A stretch of 64,000 bases of DNA. Source: a virus (lineage: Duplodnaviria > Caudoviricetes). A program made the translations under genes and the position numbers. The stretch spans positions 1-64,000 of IMG/VR virus record IMGVR_UViG_2890388907_000005, one strand, 5' to 3'. Below, one piece after another: positions 1-9,057 of this stretch. The notes beneath the pieces were generated by a model, which had not been told where the DNA came from, searched no databases, and saw nothing but the letters and a program-made list of their open reading frames with translations. Each line of letters starts with the position of its first letter. The stretch's first letter is position 1.

Positions 1-450
1 CGCGCCGATCTGCGGCTCGGGGTATGGCATCCAGAGCCCGTGCCCGTGCTGACTCGTCTCGATCAGCTCGATCCCGAAGAGCGAGATCGACAACAGCTCT
101 CCCCACCACGCCCGCGCCATCGTCTCCGAGGCCCAGGTCATCTGCCCGGCATTCACCATCTCGATGCCGAGCGAGAAGTCGTTGCATCCGGACCGGCCCT
201 GCCAGGTGGATTTTCCCGCATGCCAGGCGGCGCGGTTCGCTGGCACCTGCTGGGTGATCTGCCCGTCGCGTTCCACCACGAAATGCACCGACACCTTGGC
301 GTCGTTCCGGGCGAGGTAGGAGGCGGCGGCACCGGGGGCAAGACGGCTGGCGGTGTCGTGCAGCACCACGATCTCGGGGGCGATCTCGCCGCCCATCCAT
401 TGCGCCTCCTGGAAGGGCACGCCCATCAGGCGGTGGTTCTCGATCCGCAT
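1..450 (-). CDS. N-acetylmuramoyl-L-alanine amidase endolysin (partial, runs off window; not in ORF track)
   Basis: Manual translation from ATG at 450: MRIENHRL...IVVLHDTA...SVHFVVERDG..QQVP..RAAWHAGKS.W.GR..CNDFSLGIEMVN, the Amidase_2/AmpD-type motifs. Confidence 0.9.
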   Translation of the reverse strand, partial: MRIENHRLMGVPFQEAQWMGGEIAPEIVVLHDTASRLAPGAAASYLARNDAKVSVHFVVERDGQITQQVPANRAAWHAGKSTWQGRSGCNDFSLGIEMVNAGQMTWASETMARAWWGELLSISLFGIELIETSQHGHGLWMPYPEPQIGA

Positions 451-557
451 CACGTTCTGGCCCCCATGGCTGAAACTCCGGGCGGTCATTGCCCAAGCCG
501 ACGGGGCCACAATGGCCGGAGGCGCGACGCGAAAACGCCCGCAAGGATTTGCGGGCG

Positions 558-929
558 TCAGAAGAGGCGCATCTGCCGGGGATCGGACGGAGGATCGGTC
601 TTACTGCGCTTCAGCCAGGATCTGACCGTCACATCCGTCGCATGCAGTCTGCGGGCGATCTCGGCCACAGGCAAGCCCTGCGACCGGAGCACTGCGGCGA
701 TCCACGGCTTGGCCGTCGGCACCCGCCGGGGTAGCAGCTCCTCCGCCAGTGCCAGTGCCTTGTCGCGGCCGACCAAGGCGGCGACCCGGTTGCGCCCCTG
801 CGGCGAGGCGGCGATGTAGATCTCCGCGCCCCCGAAGGTCATGAGGAACTCTACCGCAAGATCGAGGCCGAGGACGCGGACATAGGGCGCGACATGCGCC
901 GGGGGCGAAGGGCTGGGCGCGGCAGTCAT
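558..929 (-). CDS. Mor/C-like late transcription activator with C-terminal HTH
   Basis: FGGAEIYI motif and HTH (VAEIARRLHATDVTVRSWL); lies just before the lysis gene, as in Mu-like phages. Confidence 0.75.
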   Translation of the reverse strand: MTAAPSPSPPAHVAPYVRVLGLDLAVEFLMTFGGAEIYIAASPQGRNRVAALVGRDKALALAEELLPRRVPTAKPWIAAVLRSQGLPVAEIARRLHATDVTVRSWLKRSKTDPPSDPRQMRLF

Positions 930-1213
930 GCGATACCACCCGCCACCAGCTCGCGCTGCGACAGCGTCACGGTGAAGAGATCCGCCGGCAGGCCGCTGCC
1001 CTCGAGCCTCACCCAGAGGGCCCGGCCGCTGAAGGGCGGCGCCGGATCTCCGAGGCCGATCTCGAGCCGGCCGGACCCGTCCGTGAACAGCCCCTTGAAG
1101 ACGCCTTCATCGGCGTCGAAATCCAGTTCGCAGCACTCGTCGATGACATGGGAGATCAGCGTGTCCCGCGTCGCCAGATCGAGCGCCCGGCGCAGCTCCT
1201 GTTCCCGGGTCAT
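926..1213 (-). CDS. hypothetical phage protein
   Basis: ATG at 1213 overlaps the upstream stop (ATGA); MTREQELRRALDL... Confidence 0.6.
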   Translation of the reverse strand: MTREQELRRALDLATRDTLISHVIDECCELDFDADEGVFKGLFTDGSGRLEIGLGDPAPPFSGRALWVRLEGSGLPADLFTVTLSQRELVAGGIA

Positions 1214-1455
1214 GCGCGCCCCCGCTTGCGGCCGAGCCGGATATCGGGGCTGCCGGTCGAGACGACGGTCACGACGCGTCCCGCTTCGATCCGGTAGTTC
1301 CAGCCCTCGATCGTCGTGCCGCAGGCGCCCATCTCCACCGCGCGGTCGACCTTGCGGCCGATCTCGTCCCGGATGCCTTCGACGTCCATGCCGAGCACCC
1401 GCTCGAGATAGCGCAGCAGCGCATGATCGGTGATGATGGCGCGAGGCTTCTTCAT
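1210..1455 (-). CDS. hypothetical phage protein (TDHALLRYLER motif)
   Basis: 81 aa ORF with GGAGG SD and an ordered, protein-like sequence. Confidence 0.75.
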   Translation of the reverse strand: MKKPRAIITDHALLRYLERVLGMDVEGIRDEIGRKVDRAVEMGACGTTIEGWNYRIEAGRVVTVVSTGSPDIRLGRKRGRA

Positions 1456-1485
1456 GCGGCCCTCCGGCAGAGGGCCGCATGATGG

Positions 1486-1698
1486 TCAGGCATCGGGCGG
1501 CACGAAGCCCCGCGGCACGTAGTCGAGCAGCGTCTCGGCGGCAGGGTAGAGCCGGTCGGATATGAGCTCGAGCAGCATCGGAAGCTCGGCATCGCCCGCG
1601 AGGATCGCGTGGCGATCTGCGAGGATGGCCTGCAGCCCCCGCAGCGCGAGAGCGGCAGAATAGGCCGCGTCGCGCGGGTCTGAGGAAGAAGAGCACAT
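1486..1698 (-). CDS. hypothetical protein
   Basis: Co-oriented small ORF in the operon downstream of the antirepressor. Confidence 0.5.
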   Translation of the reverse strand: MCSSSSDPRDAAYSAALALRGLQAILADRHAILAGDAELPMLLELISDRLYPAAETLLDYVPRGFVPPDA

Positions 1699-1699
1699 G

Positions 1700-1918
1700 T
1701 CAGTGGTCCTCTTCGAAGGGGACACCGGCTTCCACAAGCGTCCTGATGATCAGTTCCGACGAGAACGCCTGCGCGGAGTTCAGGATGCCTTGCAGATCCG
1801 GGCTGATGCTGGAGAACTTTATGGACAGCAACATCAAGAGCGTCTGGATCGTATCGCCATATCGCGCGTCCAGATCTTCCGCCAGTTTCACTGCCCATTC
1901 TGGATTGTACGATTCCAT
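1700..1918 (-). CDS. hypothetical protein
   Basis: 72 aa ORF starting 3 nt after the antirepressor stop; more AT-rich than its neighbours. Confidence 0.6.
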   Translation of the reverse strand: MESYNPEWAVKLAEDLDARYGDTIQTLLMLLSIKFSSISPDLQGILNSAQAFSSELIIRTLVEAGVPFEEDH

Positions 1919-1921
1919 CCC

Positions 1922-2566
1922 TCAGGCCCCCGCGAAGAGCGAAAGCTGACGGGCATCGCCGCCGTTCAGGGGCGAGCCCTGCGGGGCCTCGGGGATCGCG
2001 CCGATCCGCAGCAGGTCGCGGATCGTCTCGATCAGCCGCTTCTGGGTGTAGGAGGTGTTCTGCACCAGCATCGCCCAGGTCCAGCCATTCGCCACCGCAT
2101 CGCGGACCCTGCCGCGGATCGGCCTGGCCGACACGTAGTCCGACAGGAAGCCCTGCAACTGCGTCACCGCCTCCCGGCTCTCGCCCAGCAGCCGGTCGTG
2201 GTAATGCGTGGCCAGCACCAGCTTGATCTCGTCCAGCAGCCGGTTCAGCGGCGCGCGCGCCTCCTCCTTCACCCGGCTCGGGCTGATCGTGGCGAGCCAC
2301 ATCAGGAAGTCCGCATAGGCAATGCAAAGCATCTCGCGCTGCTTCCCGTCCTCGGCAACCGTGGTGATGAACACCACGGTTCCCCGGTAGTTTGGGGCTG
2401 TCAGCTTGGCGTGCTGGCTCTTCCAGTCCAGCCCCATGATCTCGCAGATCGGACGCGCGGGAATGAAGGCTTCCCCGTCGCGCCAGAGCCACGCGACCTC
2501 GCGGCCGTTGAGTTTCAGATAGTCGATCAGATCGCCCTGAAAGGGCAGCGGGATGACATTGGTCAT
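1922..2566 (-). CDS. phage antirepressor (P22 Ant N-terminal domain)
   Basis: GEAFIPARPICEIMGLDWKSQHAKL...DGKQREMLCI...WLATISPSRVK matches the P22_AR_N pattern. Confidence 0.85.
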   Translation of the reverse strand: MTNVIPLPFQGDLIDYLKLNGREVAWLWRDGEAFIPARPICEIMGLDWKSQHAKLTAPNYRGTVVFITTVAEDGKQREMLCIAYADFLMWLATISPSRVKEEARAPLNRLLDEIKLVLATHYHDRLLGESREAVTQLQGFLSDYVSARPIRGRVRDAVANGWTWAMLVQNTSYTQKRLIETIRDLLRIGAIPEAPQGSPLNGGDARQLSLFAGA

Positions 2567-2569
2567 CTG

Positions 2570-2770
2570 GTTCTCCGTTGGTTACGCGGGGACGAAGCCC
2601 CCGGGTGTTAGAACGACTGCCAACGGACAGCCTCCCCGCGCCTTTAGGCCGAAGCCTTGGACATGCGCACAGGGCACCCGGAGAGGAAATCGCTTCAAGG
2701 GAAGCGCCGTCTCGGGGCGTAACCGCCGTTGGTAGCTCGGTCAGGGCGGGTTCTAAACCGCTGGCTGACG
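2570..2770 (-). ncRNA. c4/CI-like antisense RNA and its target in the antirepressor leader
   Basis: Stem-loop GCGG-TTTAGAAC-CCGC and a CCAACGG element are complementary to downstream CCGTTGG-cagtc-GTTCTAA; layout resembles P1 c4 / P4 CI upstream of ant. Confidence 0.65.
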
Positions 2771-2775
2771 GGGCC

Positions 2776-2804
2776 ACGATGCGGCGGTTCGCCGGAATTG
2801 TCAA
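2776..2804 (-). promoter_or_regulatory. sigma70-type promoter for the c4-ant unit
   Basis: TTGACA (2804-2799), 17-nt spacer, CATCGT (2781-2776). Confidence 0.6.
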
Positions 2805-2812
2805 ATGTGGGA

Positions 2813-3277
2813 TCATCTCCGCCCCCCGTCGCGATAGGGCACGCCGGCGCGCTGGCACATCGCCTTCAGCGCGTCGAGGATGTCGGCGATCTGGCGATGA
2901 TCGGTCATCGCGTCGATGTCGATCGGCACCGATCCCCAGACGCTGCCAAAGCGCGAGCGGATGAAGGCGTTGAGGCCGCGCGGCCCCGGCTGCCGCACGA
3001 CGCCCCGCTCGGCCATCAGCCGCCAGAGCACATGGGCATAGCGGACATCGGCTCGGCGCGCGGGGGGCCGACCCCGACCGCCGCGGGCGGGGGTGCCGAA
3101 CGGCTTGAAGCCCCGGCTCTTGAGCGCCTCGACCACCGCCTGCAGCTCGGCCTCGCTCATGTCGCGCAGTGAGGCCTTGCCGGTGACGGCCAGCTGCAGG
3201 TCGTGGCGGGTATCGGCGTCGAGCCCGAGCTCGCGGCAGCCGACATGGATCATCCGTTGCAGGGATCGATCGGTCAC
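2813..3277 (-). CDS. gemA: GemA / Mu gp16 family protein
   Basis: GTG start; IHVGCRELGLDADTRHDLQLAVTGKASLRDMSEAELQAVVEALKSRGF...LNAFI...ILDALKAM. Confidence 0.85.
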   Translation of the reverse strand: MTDRSLQRMIHVGCRELGLDADTRHDLQLAVTGKASLRDMSEAELQAVVEALKSRGFKPFGTPARGGRGRPPARRADVRYAHVLWRLMAERGVVRQPGPRGLNAFIRSRFGSVWGSVPIDIDAMTDHRQIADILDALKAMCQRAGVPYRDGGRR

Positions 3278-3477
3278 TGGTGCCTCCCAAACATGCGCTG
3301 GACCTCTGCCTGCACCGCGTGGCGATGCACCGGGCAGTCCGGCGCGAAGAAAAGGCCGCCGCAGGCGAGCAATATCTCGTGCGCCAGGCTGGATTGATGG
3401 TCGGTCCCCGGACAGATGCAGCCCTTCGCGTGAGCGTCCGGCGTGTCGGGAACGACGATGGCGAGCGACAGGGTCAT
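3274..3477 (-). CDS. hypothetical Cys/His-containing protein
   Basis: Stop/start overlaps on both sides; GCICP...CPVH. Confidence 0.6.
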   Translation of the reverse strand: MTLSLAIVVPDTPDAHAKGCICPGTDHQSSLAHEILLACGGLFFAPDCPVHRHAVQAEVQRMFGRHQ

Positions 3478-3698
3478 GAGAGCAGCGCCTCCAGCTCGCG
3501 AGCGATCTCGTGCAGATCGTGACCGACAGGCTCCCCTTCGCCGTCGCCAGGCATGGGGTGCACCCACACTGCGCGATCGCGGCAGCCGGGGCCGTTGCTG
3601 GCAACGATCAGGCTGGAGTCCCTGTCCAGCACCTTGGCCAGCGCCTCTTCGATGATCTCGACGCGCTGCCAGATCGGCATGTCAGCAGTCAGCGTCAT
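3474..3698 (-). CDS. hypothetical protein
   Basis: Overlapping operon gene. Confidence 0.6.
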   Translation of the reverse strand: MTLTADMPIWQRVEIIEEALAKVLDRDSSLIVASNGPGCRDRAVWVHPMPGDGEGEPVGHDLHEIARELEALLS

Positions 3699-4029
3699 TG
3701 GAGCCTGCGAAGTAGCTGGGGCGGCGCGCAAACTCGGCCGCGATGAAGTCTTCTGCGAAGAGCGGAAACTTGGCCTCCATCCGGCGCCGAAGGTTGCGCT
3801 GGCGCACCCGAGCCTTGGCCGATTGGCTCCAGCGCCTGATCGGCCGCTGTTCGATGCATTCCCATCCGACGGAATACCCGCTTCCCGGAACGAAGCTCTC
3901 CATGATCTCGGCCGGGACCGGGTGAGGCGTTTCGCACAAAACCGCGGCCAGTACCTTCGGCCCCGGCGGGGGCTCGTAGGGGTTTCTCCATGCCAGGGTG
4001 CAGCGCCATTTTGCGGATCGCTGGGTCAT
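3682..4029 (-). CDS. conserved phage hypothetical protein
   Basis: RRWS..AKARVRQRNLRRRMEAKFPLFAEDFI..E..RRPSYF motif. Confidence 0.7.
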   Translation of the reverse strand: MTQRSAKWRCTLAWRNPYEPPPGPKVLAAVLCETPHPVPAEIMESFVPGSGYSVGWECIEQRPIRRWSQSAKARVRQRNLRRRMEAKFPLFAEDFIAAEFARRPSYFAGSNDADC

Positions 4030-4268
4030 TTCTTCACCACCAGGGACAGCGGGGATTGGGACGGTTTGGGCGGGTCTTCGTTGAAGAGGCGCGCGAGGCG
4101 CGCCTGCTCGCCCTGCGCGATGGCCGAGAACATCTCGGGCTCATCCTCGGCGCAGCGCGCGGCCTCGGCGAAGAGCCGGCTCACGTCCGAGTGCCAGCGG
4201 TCGCGCGCGGACAGCAGCCTGTTCGACGCCTCCCGCAACAACCGCTGGAACTCGAGCGGGCTCATCAT
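4026..4268 (-). CDS. hypothetical protein
   Basis: ATGA coupling on both sides. Confidence 0.6.
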   Translation of the reverse strand: MMSPLEFQRLLREASNRLLSARDRWHSDVSRLFAEAARCAEDEPEMFSAIAQGEQARLARLFNEDPPKPSQSPLSLVVKK

Positions 4269-4453
4269 CGCCCACCCAGTGCCAGGCCTGCCGCAAAGAG
4301 CAGGATGATCGATGCCGCGAGCCCGGCGGCCGAGAGGATCAGGGCGGCCCGCGCGCCGGTGCTTTCCTTGGTGAGCGACCAGCTGACCGCAACGGCCAGG
4401 ACGAAGGTCGGGATGAACAGAAAGAGGGCCGCGGCCAGCAATACCCACCCCAT
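4265..4453 (-). CDS. small membrane protein (2 TM)
   Basis: MGWVLLAAALFLFIPTFVLAVAVSW...ALILSAAGLAASIILLFAAGLAL. Confidence 0.6.
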   Translation of the reverse strand: MGWVLLAAALFLFIPTFVLAVAVSWSLTKESTGARAALILSAAGLAASIILLFAAGLALGGR

Positions 4454-4455
4454 CG

Positions 4456-5106
4456 TCAAGCCCTCGCCAGATCGATGGTGACGGGCTCCCAGGGCGCATC
4501 CGAGGCGCTGCGGCGGTAGAAGCGCACGTAGCTCTTCGAGCCGACCACCCGCATCGCGTCGCGGATCGCCTGCATCGCCTGCTTCCAGCGCGGGTCGGAG
4601 ATCTCCAGCCGCAGCAGATGATAGAGCGCCGCCCGGTTGATCTGGCCTTCCTTGTCGGTGTTGAAGGCGCGGGTGATGACGGCTCGAAGCTCTTCGGCCG
4701 CACCTGCGCTCCACTCGGTCAGGCATTCGTCGACGAGCGTCTTCGCGACCTGCAGCTCGGGGCCGAAGACGACGTGGTCCGCGACCTGGACGGTGACCTT
4801 GTAGAGCCCGTCATAGCTCATCAGCGTCTTGTTGCCCTTCCGGCCGCCGACGGTGGCGCCGTAGCGCTCCGCGATCAGGTCTTCGAAGGCCCCGAGGTTC
4901 TCGAAGAAGTGCCCCAGGAAACGCGACAGCTGCTCGGAGAGCGCCACCGCATGGCCGATCTCCTGCCGCACCAGCTCGTCCTCCATGACGTGCTGGGGCT
5001 TGACGATGCCCACCGGCAGCTTGGCGCCGTCGGGGCCTAGGATGTGCTCGACGCCGTCCAGGACCGTTCGGCCGGACGGGATCTGCGCGGGCGGGTAATG
5101 GGTCAT
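4456..5106 (-). CDS. DUF3164 family Mu-like phage protein
   Basis: ERYGATVGGRKGNKTLMSYDG...FGPELQVAKTLVDECLTEW...AFNTDKEG...DPRWKQAMQAI...GSKSYVRFY. Confidence 0.85.
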   Translation of the reverse strand: MTHYPPAQIPSGRTVLDGVEHILGPDGAKLPVGIVKPQHVMEDELVRQEIGHAVALSEQLSRFLGHFFENLGAFEDLIAERYGATVGGRKGNKTLMSYDGLYKVTVQVADHVVFGPELQVAKTLVDECLTEWSAGAAEELRAVITRAFNTDKEGQINRAALYHLLRLEISDPRWKQAMQAIRDAMRVVGSKSYVRFYRRSASDAPWEPVTIDLARA

Positions 5107-5161
5107 TGCAAGGCTCCTTTCAGGAGGGGGATCATGTCCTCCGGCGCGTCGGCGCCGGGTC

Positions 5162-5527
5162 TCACTTCTGGGCGCGGGGGCAGGAGCGGCAGGCCTTGAA
5201 CATGCGCACCCTTTCGCTGTTTTCGTTCGAGAACGACCGGCTCCGCGCCATCCAGTCGCGGCAGGCGGCCGTGGATATGATGCCGAGCGCGGGACACCGG
5301 ACCGTGCTGTTCATGAAGACGCCGCGAACCACCTCCTCGACCGCCGACATGTCCCCGGCGTACTTGGCGCGCAGGACGGTCGACACGAGGGCGGGCGAGC
5401 GGTTCATCAGCGCGGCAACCTTGGTCTGGCTGCTGGTCGCGCACTCCTTGGCCAGCACCATGACCCAGTCGGGGATGTCGTCGCCCCACGACGCCCGGGC
5501 GATCTCGGTGGGAGTAGCGCCGGTCAC
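5162..5527 (-). CDS. putative transcriptional regulator (HTH plus Cys cluster)
   Basis: SQTKVAALMNRSPALVSTVL...VRCPALG...C...ACRSCP. Confidence 0.75.
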   Translation of the reverse strand: MTGATPTEIARASWGDDIPDWVMVLAKECATSSQTKVAALMNRSPALVSTVLRAKYAGDMSAVEEVVRGVFMNSTVRCPALGIISTAACRDWMARSRSFSNENSERVRMFKACRSCPRAQK

Positions 5528-6114
5528 AGCGAGGCCTCCGCCGGATAGACCGCTCCGGTATTCGGGTCATAGACCTGCCGGACCCGCTGCACCTGCGGCG
5601 CCCGAGGCCCTGACGCACGGATCAGCCGGTAGCGCGCGATGCGGGCCTGCGAAGGATCGGCCTTGCTCAGCACCCGCAGATATCCCGCCGCCAGCAGCCG
5701 CTTGCAGTAGTCCTTCGCCGTGGCCTCGGGAATGTCGATCGAGGCGTTCTGCATCAGGTCCCGGTAGTCGAAATCCCGCAGGCCGCACATCGCGAGCCAG
5801 AGCTGGGCGGTCACCTCGCCCTGGCTGACGCGGCTGCCATCCGCACGGACGCGCGGCGCGTGATGCCCGACATCCCTGATCAGCTTCCAGGTGCCGGCAT
5901 GCCCAACGGGCGGCTCGGTGAACTCCAGATGCCCGGCCTCGGTCAGGGCCTTGAGGTAGCGGGTGACCGTCGACCGGTTCAGCTTCGTGCGCTGCACCAG
6001 CTCGGCCACGGTGATCCGGTCGGGAACCTTCTTCAGCGCCAGCCACATCGCCTGGCGGCCGTCTCCGTTCTGGTCGGCGGGGCGCCGGCCCATGCTTTTC
6101 GCGAGCGCGGCCAT
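5524..6114 (-). CDS. winged-helix DNA-binding protein
   Basis: ITVAELVQRTKLNRSTVTRYLKALTEAGHL; follows MuB. Confidence 0.75.
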   Translation of the reverse strand: MAALAKSMGRRPADQNGDGRQAMWLALKKVPDRITVAELVQRTKLNRSTVTRYLKALTEAGHLEFTEPPVGHAGTWKLIRDVGHHAPRVRADGSRVSQGEVTAQLWLAMCGLRDFDYRDLMQNASIDIPEATAKDYCKRLLAAGYLRVLSKADPSQARIARYRLIRASGPRAPQVQRVRQVYDPNTGAVYPAEASL

Positions 6115-6866
6115 CAGTGGATCCTCCGGGGCGCCGGCGCCCGGCCGTCCATCCAGCGGATATGCGGGATGTCCTTCTCCCCGATCTCGGTCTTGCCCTC
6201 GATCCGGGCGTAGTCCTTGACCTGGTTCAGGTTCGAGACGATCCGCCGGGCGACCGCCTGAGACTCGACCAGTGTCTTTTCCAGGACCGCCTGCGACAGC
6301 GTCAGCTCGGGGCATTTGAGCCTGGCGAACACGCTGGTCTCCCGCAGGTCCGCGGGCTGTGCCTGTTCCCAGGCGAGGATGCGGTTATGCACCCGCTCCC
6401 ACCGCACCAGCGACTGCGGCAGCGACTCCTCGCCGATCAGGATCACCGATGCGCCGTGAGAGCTCTCATAGATATCGTGGACCAGCTTCATCATGCTGTC
6501 GGTGCAGAGGATGTGCGCCTCGTCCAGGAGCAGCGGGCGGGCCGATTTCAGCAGTTCCTCCCCGATCTTCTCGACGCTGTCTGCCACCGTGCGGCCGGAG
6601 GGGATGCCGAGGTTCTTGCAGATCTTCTCGACCAGGGTTTTCCGGGTCCAGACCGACTTGACCTCGACCCAGCAGGCCCGGGTCGCCTGGGTGTTGTAGA
6701 GGGCCGCCTGGGACTTCCCGTAGCCGGAAAATCCGTGAAAGCAGGCCATCCCCGGCATGCCTTCGTCCCGCCCGGTCACCCTGCGGATCAGCGCCCCGAG
6801 CAACATGACGTTGCGCAGCGGTGCCACGTTCTTCACCAGGTTGATTTCGTCTCTTCCGTCCAACAT
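6114..6866 (-). CDS. MuB-like AAA+ transposition ATPase
   Basis: Walker A GFSGYGKS, Walker B LLLDEAH; directly downstream of the transposase. Confidence 0.92.
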   Translation of the reverse strand: MLDGRDEINLVKNVAPLRNVMLLGALIRRVTGRDEGMPGMACFHGFSGYGKSQAALYNTQATRACWVEVKSVWTRKTLVEKICKNLGIPSGRTVADSVEKIGEELLKSARPLLLDEAHILCTDSMMKLVHDIYESSHGASVILIGEESLPQSLVRWERVHNRILAWEQAQPADLRETSVFARLKCPELTLSQAVLEKTLVESQAVARRIVSNLNQVKDYARIEGKTEIGEKDIPHIRWMDGRAPAPRRIH

Positions 6867-6924
6867 GCTCTTCTCCCCTCGTCACGATCCGCCGCCGTGG
6901 GCCAGCCCGACCCCGGCGGCGCCT

Positions 6925-9057
6925 TTATCCGATGGCCTGCGCGCCGTGCCGGTCGAACAGGTCCCGCTGCGCGAGATAGACCGGGTGGGTATGCAGACGG
7001 CCCCAGAACTCGGCGTCCTCCGCCGGGATCGCCTCGCCGGCCGCCATCCGGTTCTCGATGTCGAGCAGGCGCCAGAAGCGCGCGACCTCCGGATCCTGCT
7101 GCACCGGTTCGGGCTTTGGCGCGAAGTCGACCTGCAGCACCGTCAGCTCCTCGTCCCGCGACGTGTCGGGCACCGGCAATGCCGCCTGGATCAGGCCGCC
7201 GCCCTTCTTGCGCAGTTCGATCTGATTGAGCCGGTCGAGCTGAACCACGACAGCCTCGAGCGGCGATGGCTGCGGCTTCGGCAGGGCATCAAGCCGCTTT
7301 GCGATCTGGCCGATCGAAAGGGGGCGCAGATCGGACAGCCGCGCGCGGGCCTCTTTGAGGCGGCGGCTGTTTTCCCTGGCAAGGGCACGGGCGGAAGCGA
7401 TGTCCTTGAAGTGCGACTTCTGGCGGCAGGCGGCGAATCCGAGATATTCCCCGGTCATGCTGTAGAGGTACGCCCCCTCGTGCAGATCCTCGGGATTGAA
7501 GCGCGCGGTCACCGTCTGACCCGCGATCTCGCTCATCCATTCCGACCAGTAGCTGTTTTTGTAGAGCGTGATCTGGCCGTTGTTCTGGTGCAACTTGCGC
7601 ACATACATCGCCATCAGGCACAGCCGCAGCTGCTCTTCCTTGGCCTGCCGGATCGGCGTGCGCTGGTAGCTTTCGGCGAAGGTTTCGTCGAAGCTGCGGC
7701 CCTGGGCGGTATGCGACCGGCGGCCGGGGCGGGCGTTGTGCTCGTGGATCCCTTCCTCGACGACATCGACGAAGTAGTTGAGGTCGATGGCCTTCGACAT
7801 GTAGTTCTCGGGCTTGGCATCGATGTGGTTGCCGACATAGGCCCCGGCGAAACGGGGATCCAAGGCGATGTCCTCGGCAAAGTCCTTGAAGGCCCGCTCG
7901 ATCGGCTTTGCCTGCCCGTGCGCGACGGTTGCAAAGCTCATGCCGATTCCCAGCATGCCGAGGACGCCGATAGGCTCTTCCTCAGCCAACTTGAAACGGA
8001 AGCGGTGCTGCGCGCCGCCCGTCATGTCCTTGTTGGCGAACTCCATCCCGTTGTCGAAAAGGCAATGCTGCGGGATGCCGTAGTCCTTCAGCATCTTCAT
8101 GAAGGCCTGCATCACAGCGACCTTGTTGGGATTGAGGTCGATGGCCCAGGACAGGATCTTCCCCGAATAGATGTCCTGGAAGACGATCAGCTGGGGGCGC
8201 ACCGGGTTCTTCACCCCTGGCCACCAGACGAACACATCGATCTTGTGGCAGTCGGCGTTCACCATCTGCAGGGCGGCCATCGTGCTGCGGTCGCGGATTT
8301 GGGGCGGGAAGCGCCGACGCAGGCCCGAAAGTCCTTCGCGGGCAAACACCTGGTCAAGCATCGGCACGTTGGCATCGAGCCACCGACGGGCGGTGCGTTC
8401 GGTTAGGCCTTCCAGGCCGCTGCCCTTGCAGATCTTCATGGCATCGCGCCAGCAATGGCTGAAGCCTGGTCCTTCGAGCCGCAGGTAGAGCCCTTTGAGC
8501 AGGGTATAGAACTCGTCGGAGGCCTGCGCTTTCGCCCGCTTCGGCGCTGCGGCCCGGTGCCGGGGGGCGAGGTAGGGCAGCCGGTCGGCGGCGTCCACGC
8601 TCTCGACCATCCCGAACCAGTTCCAGATCGTGCGGGATGCGATCTGCGCCTGCCGCGCCACCGTCTCGACGGCGAGGTTCTTGCCGAGCGGCGGCTCCAG
8701 CGCCTCGACCTGCTGGAGGATGGCAAGCCGGCTCCGGGCGGAGGCCTTCGGCTTCTCGGGAAGTCCCTCGAACCAGGCCCAGGCCTCGCCGCGCTCCATG
8801 GGGGCCGGTGCCTCGTCCCGGGGCGCCGCAGCCGCCTTCAGCAGCGCAGTCTGCGCGCGCAGGGGCAGCAGGCGCCAGCTGTACTCCCACCCGCCGCCAC
8901 GGCCGGCTCGCCGACGGGCGAGGTGGGGATCGGTCCGCCAGGCCAGCCGCTTGCACAGCGCATCGACGCCTTGCCGGGTCGAGGGCAGATCGGGCAGGCC
9001 GCTCTCGGCCAGCTCCTGGGGGCTCCACCATTGCTGATCGGGGGTGAGGCGGGTCAT
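6925..9057 (-). CDS. MuA-like DDE transposase
   Basis: N-terminal Mu HTH (WSPQELA..GLPDLPST), NADCH, LFDNGMEF, GQAKPIERAF, and C-terminal RFNPEDLH. Confidence 0.95.
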   Translation of the reverse strand: MTRLTPDQQWWSPQELAESGLPDLPSTRQGVDALCKRLAWRTDPHLARRRAGRGGGWEYSWRLLPLRAQTALLKAAAAPRDEAPAPMERGEAWAWFEGLPEKPKASARSRLAILQQVEALEPPLGKNLAVETVARQAQIASRTIWNWFGMVESVDAADRLPYLAPRHRAAAPKRAKAQASDEFYTLLKGLYLRLEGPGFSHCWRDAMKICKGSGLEGLTERTARRWLDANVPMLDQVFAREGLSGLRRRFPPQIRDRSTMAALQMVNADCHKIDVFVWWPGVKNPVRPQLIVFQDIYSGKILSWAIDLNPNKVAVMQAFMKMLKDYGIPQHCLFDNGMEFANKDMTGGAQHRFRFKLAEEEPIGVLGMLGIGMSFATVAHGQAKPIERAFKDFAEDIALDPRFAGAYVGNHIDAKPENYMSKAIDLNYFVDVVEEGIHEHNARPGRRSHTAQGRSFDETFAESYQRTPIRQAKEEQLRLCLMAMYVRKLHQNNGQITLYKNSYWSEWMSEIAGQTVTARFNPEDLHEGAYLYSMTGEYLGFAACRQKSHFKDIASARALARENSRRLKEARARLSDLRPLSIGQIAKRLDALPKPQPSPLEAVVVQLDRLNQIELRKKGGGLIQAALPVPDTSRDEELTVLQVDFAPKPEPVQQDPEVARFWRLLDIENRMAAGEAIPAEDAEFWGRLHTHPVYLAQRDLFDRHGAQAIG

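Noticed and set aside
1452-3290. 612-aa minus-strand ORF spanning gemA and ant
   Set aside because: Arg/Pro-rich off-frame shadow. Only the 2816-2570 part could be an Ash/Icd-like leader, covered under the c4 finding.
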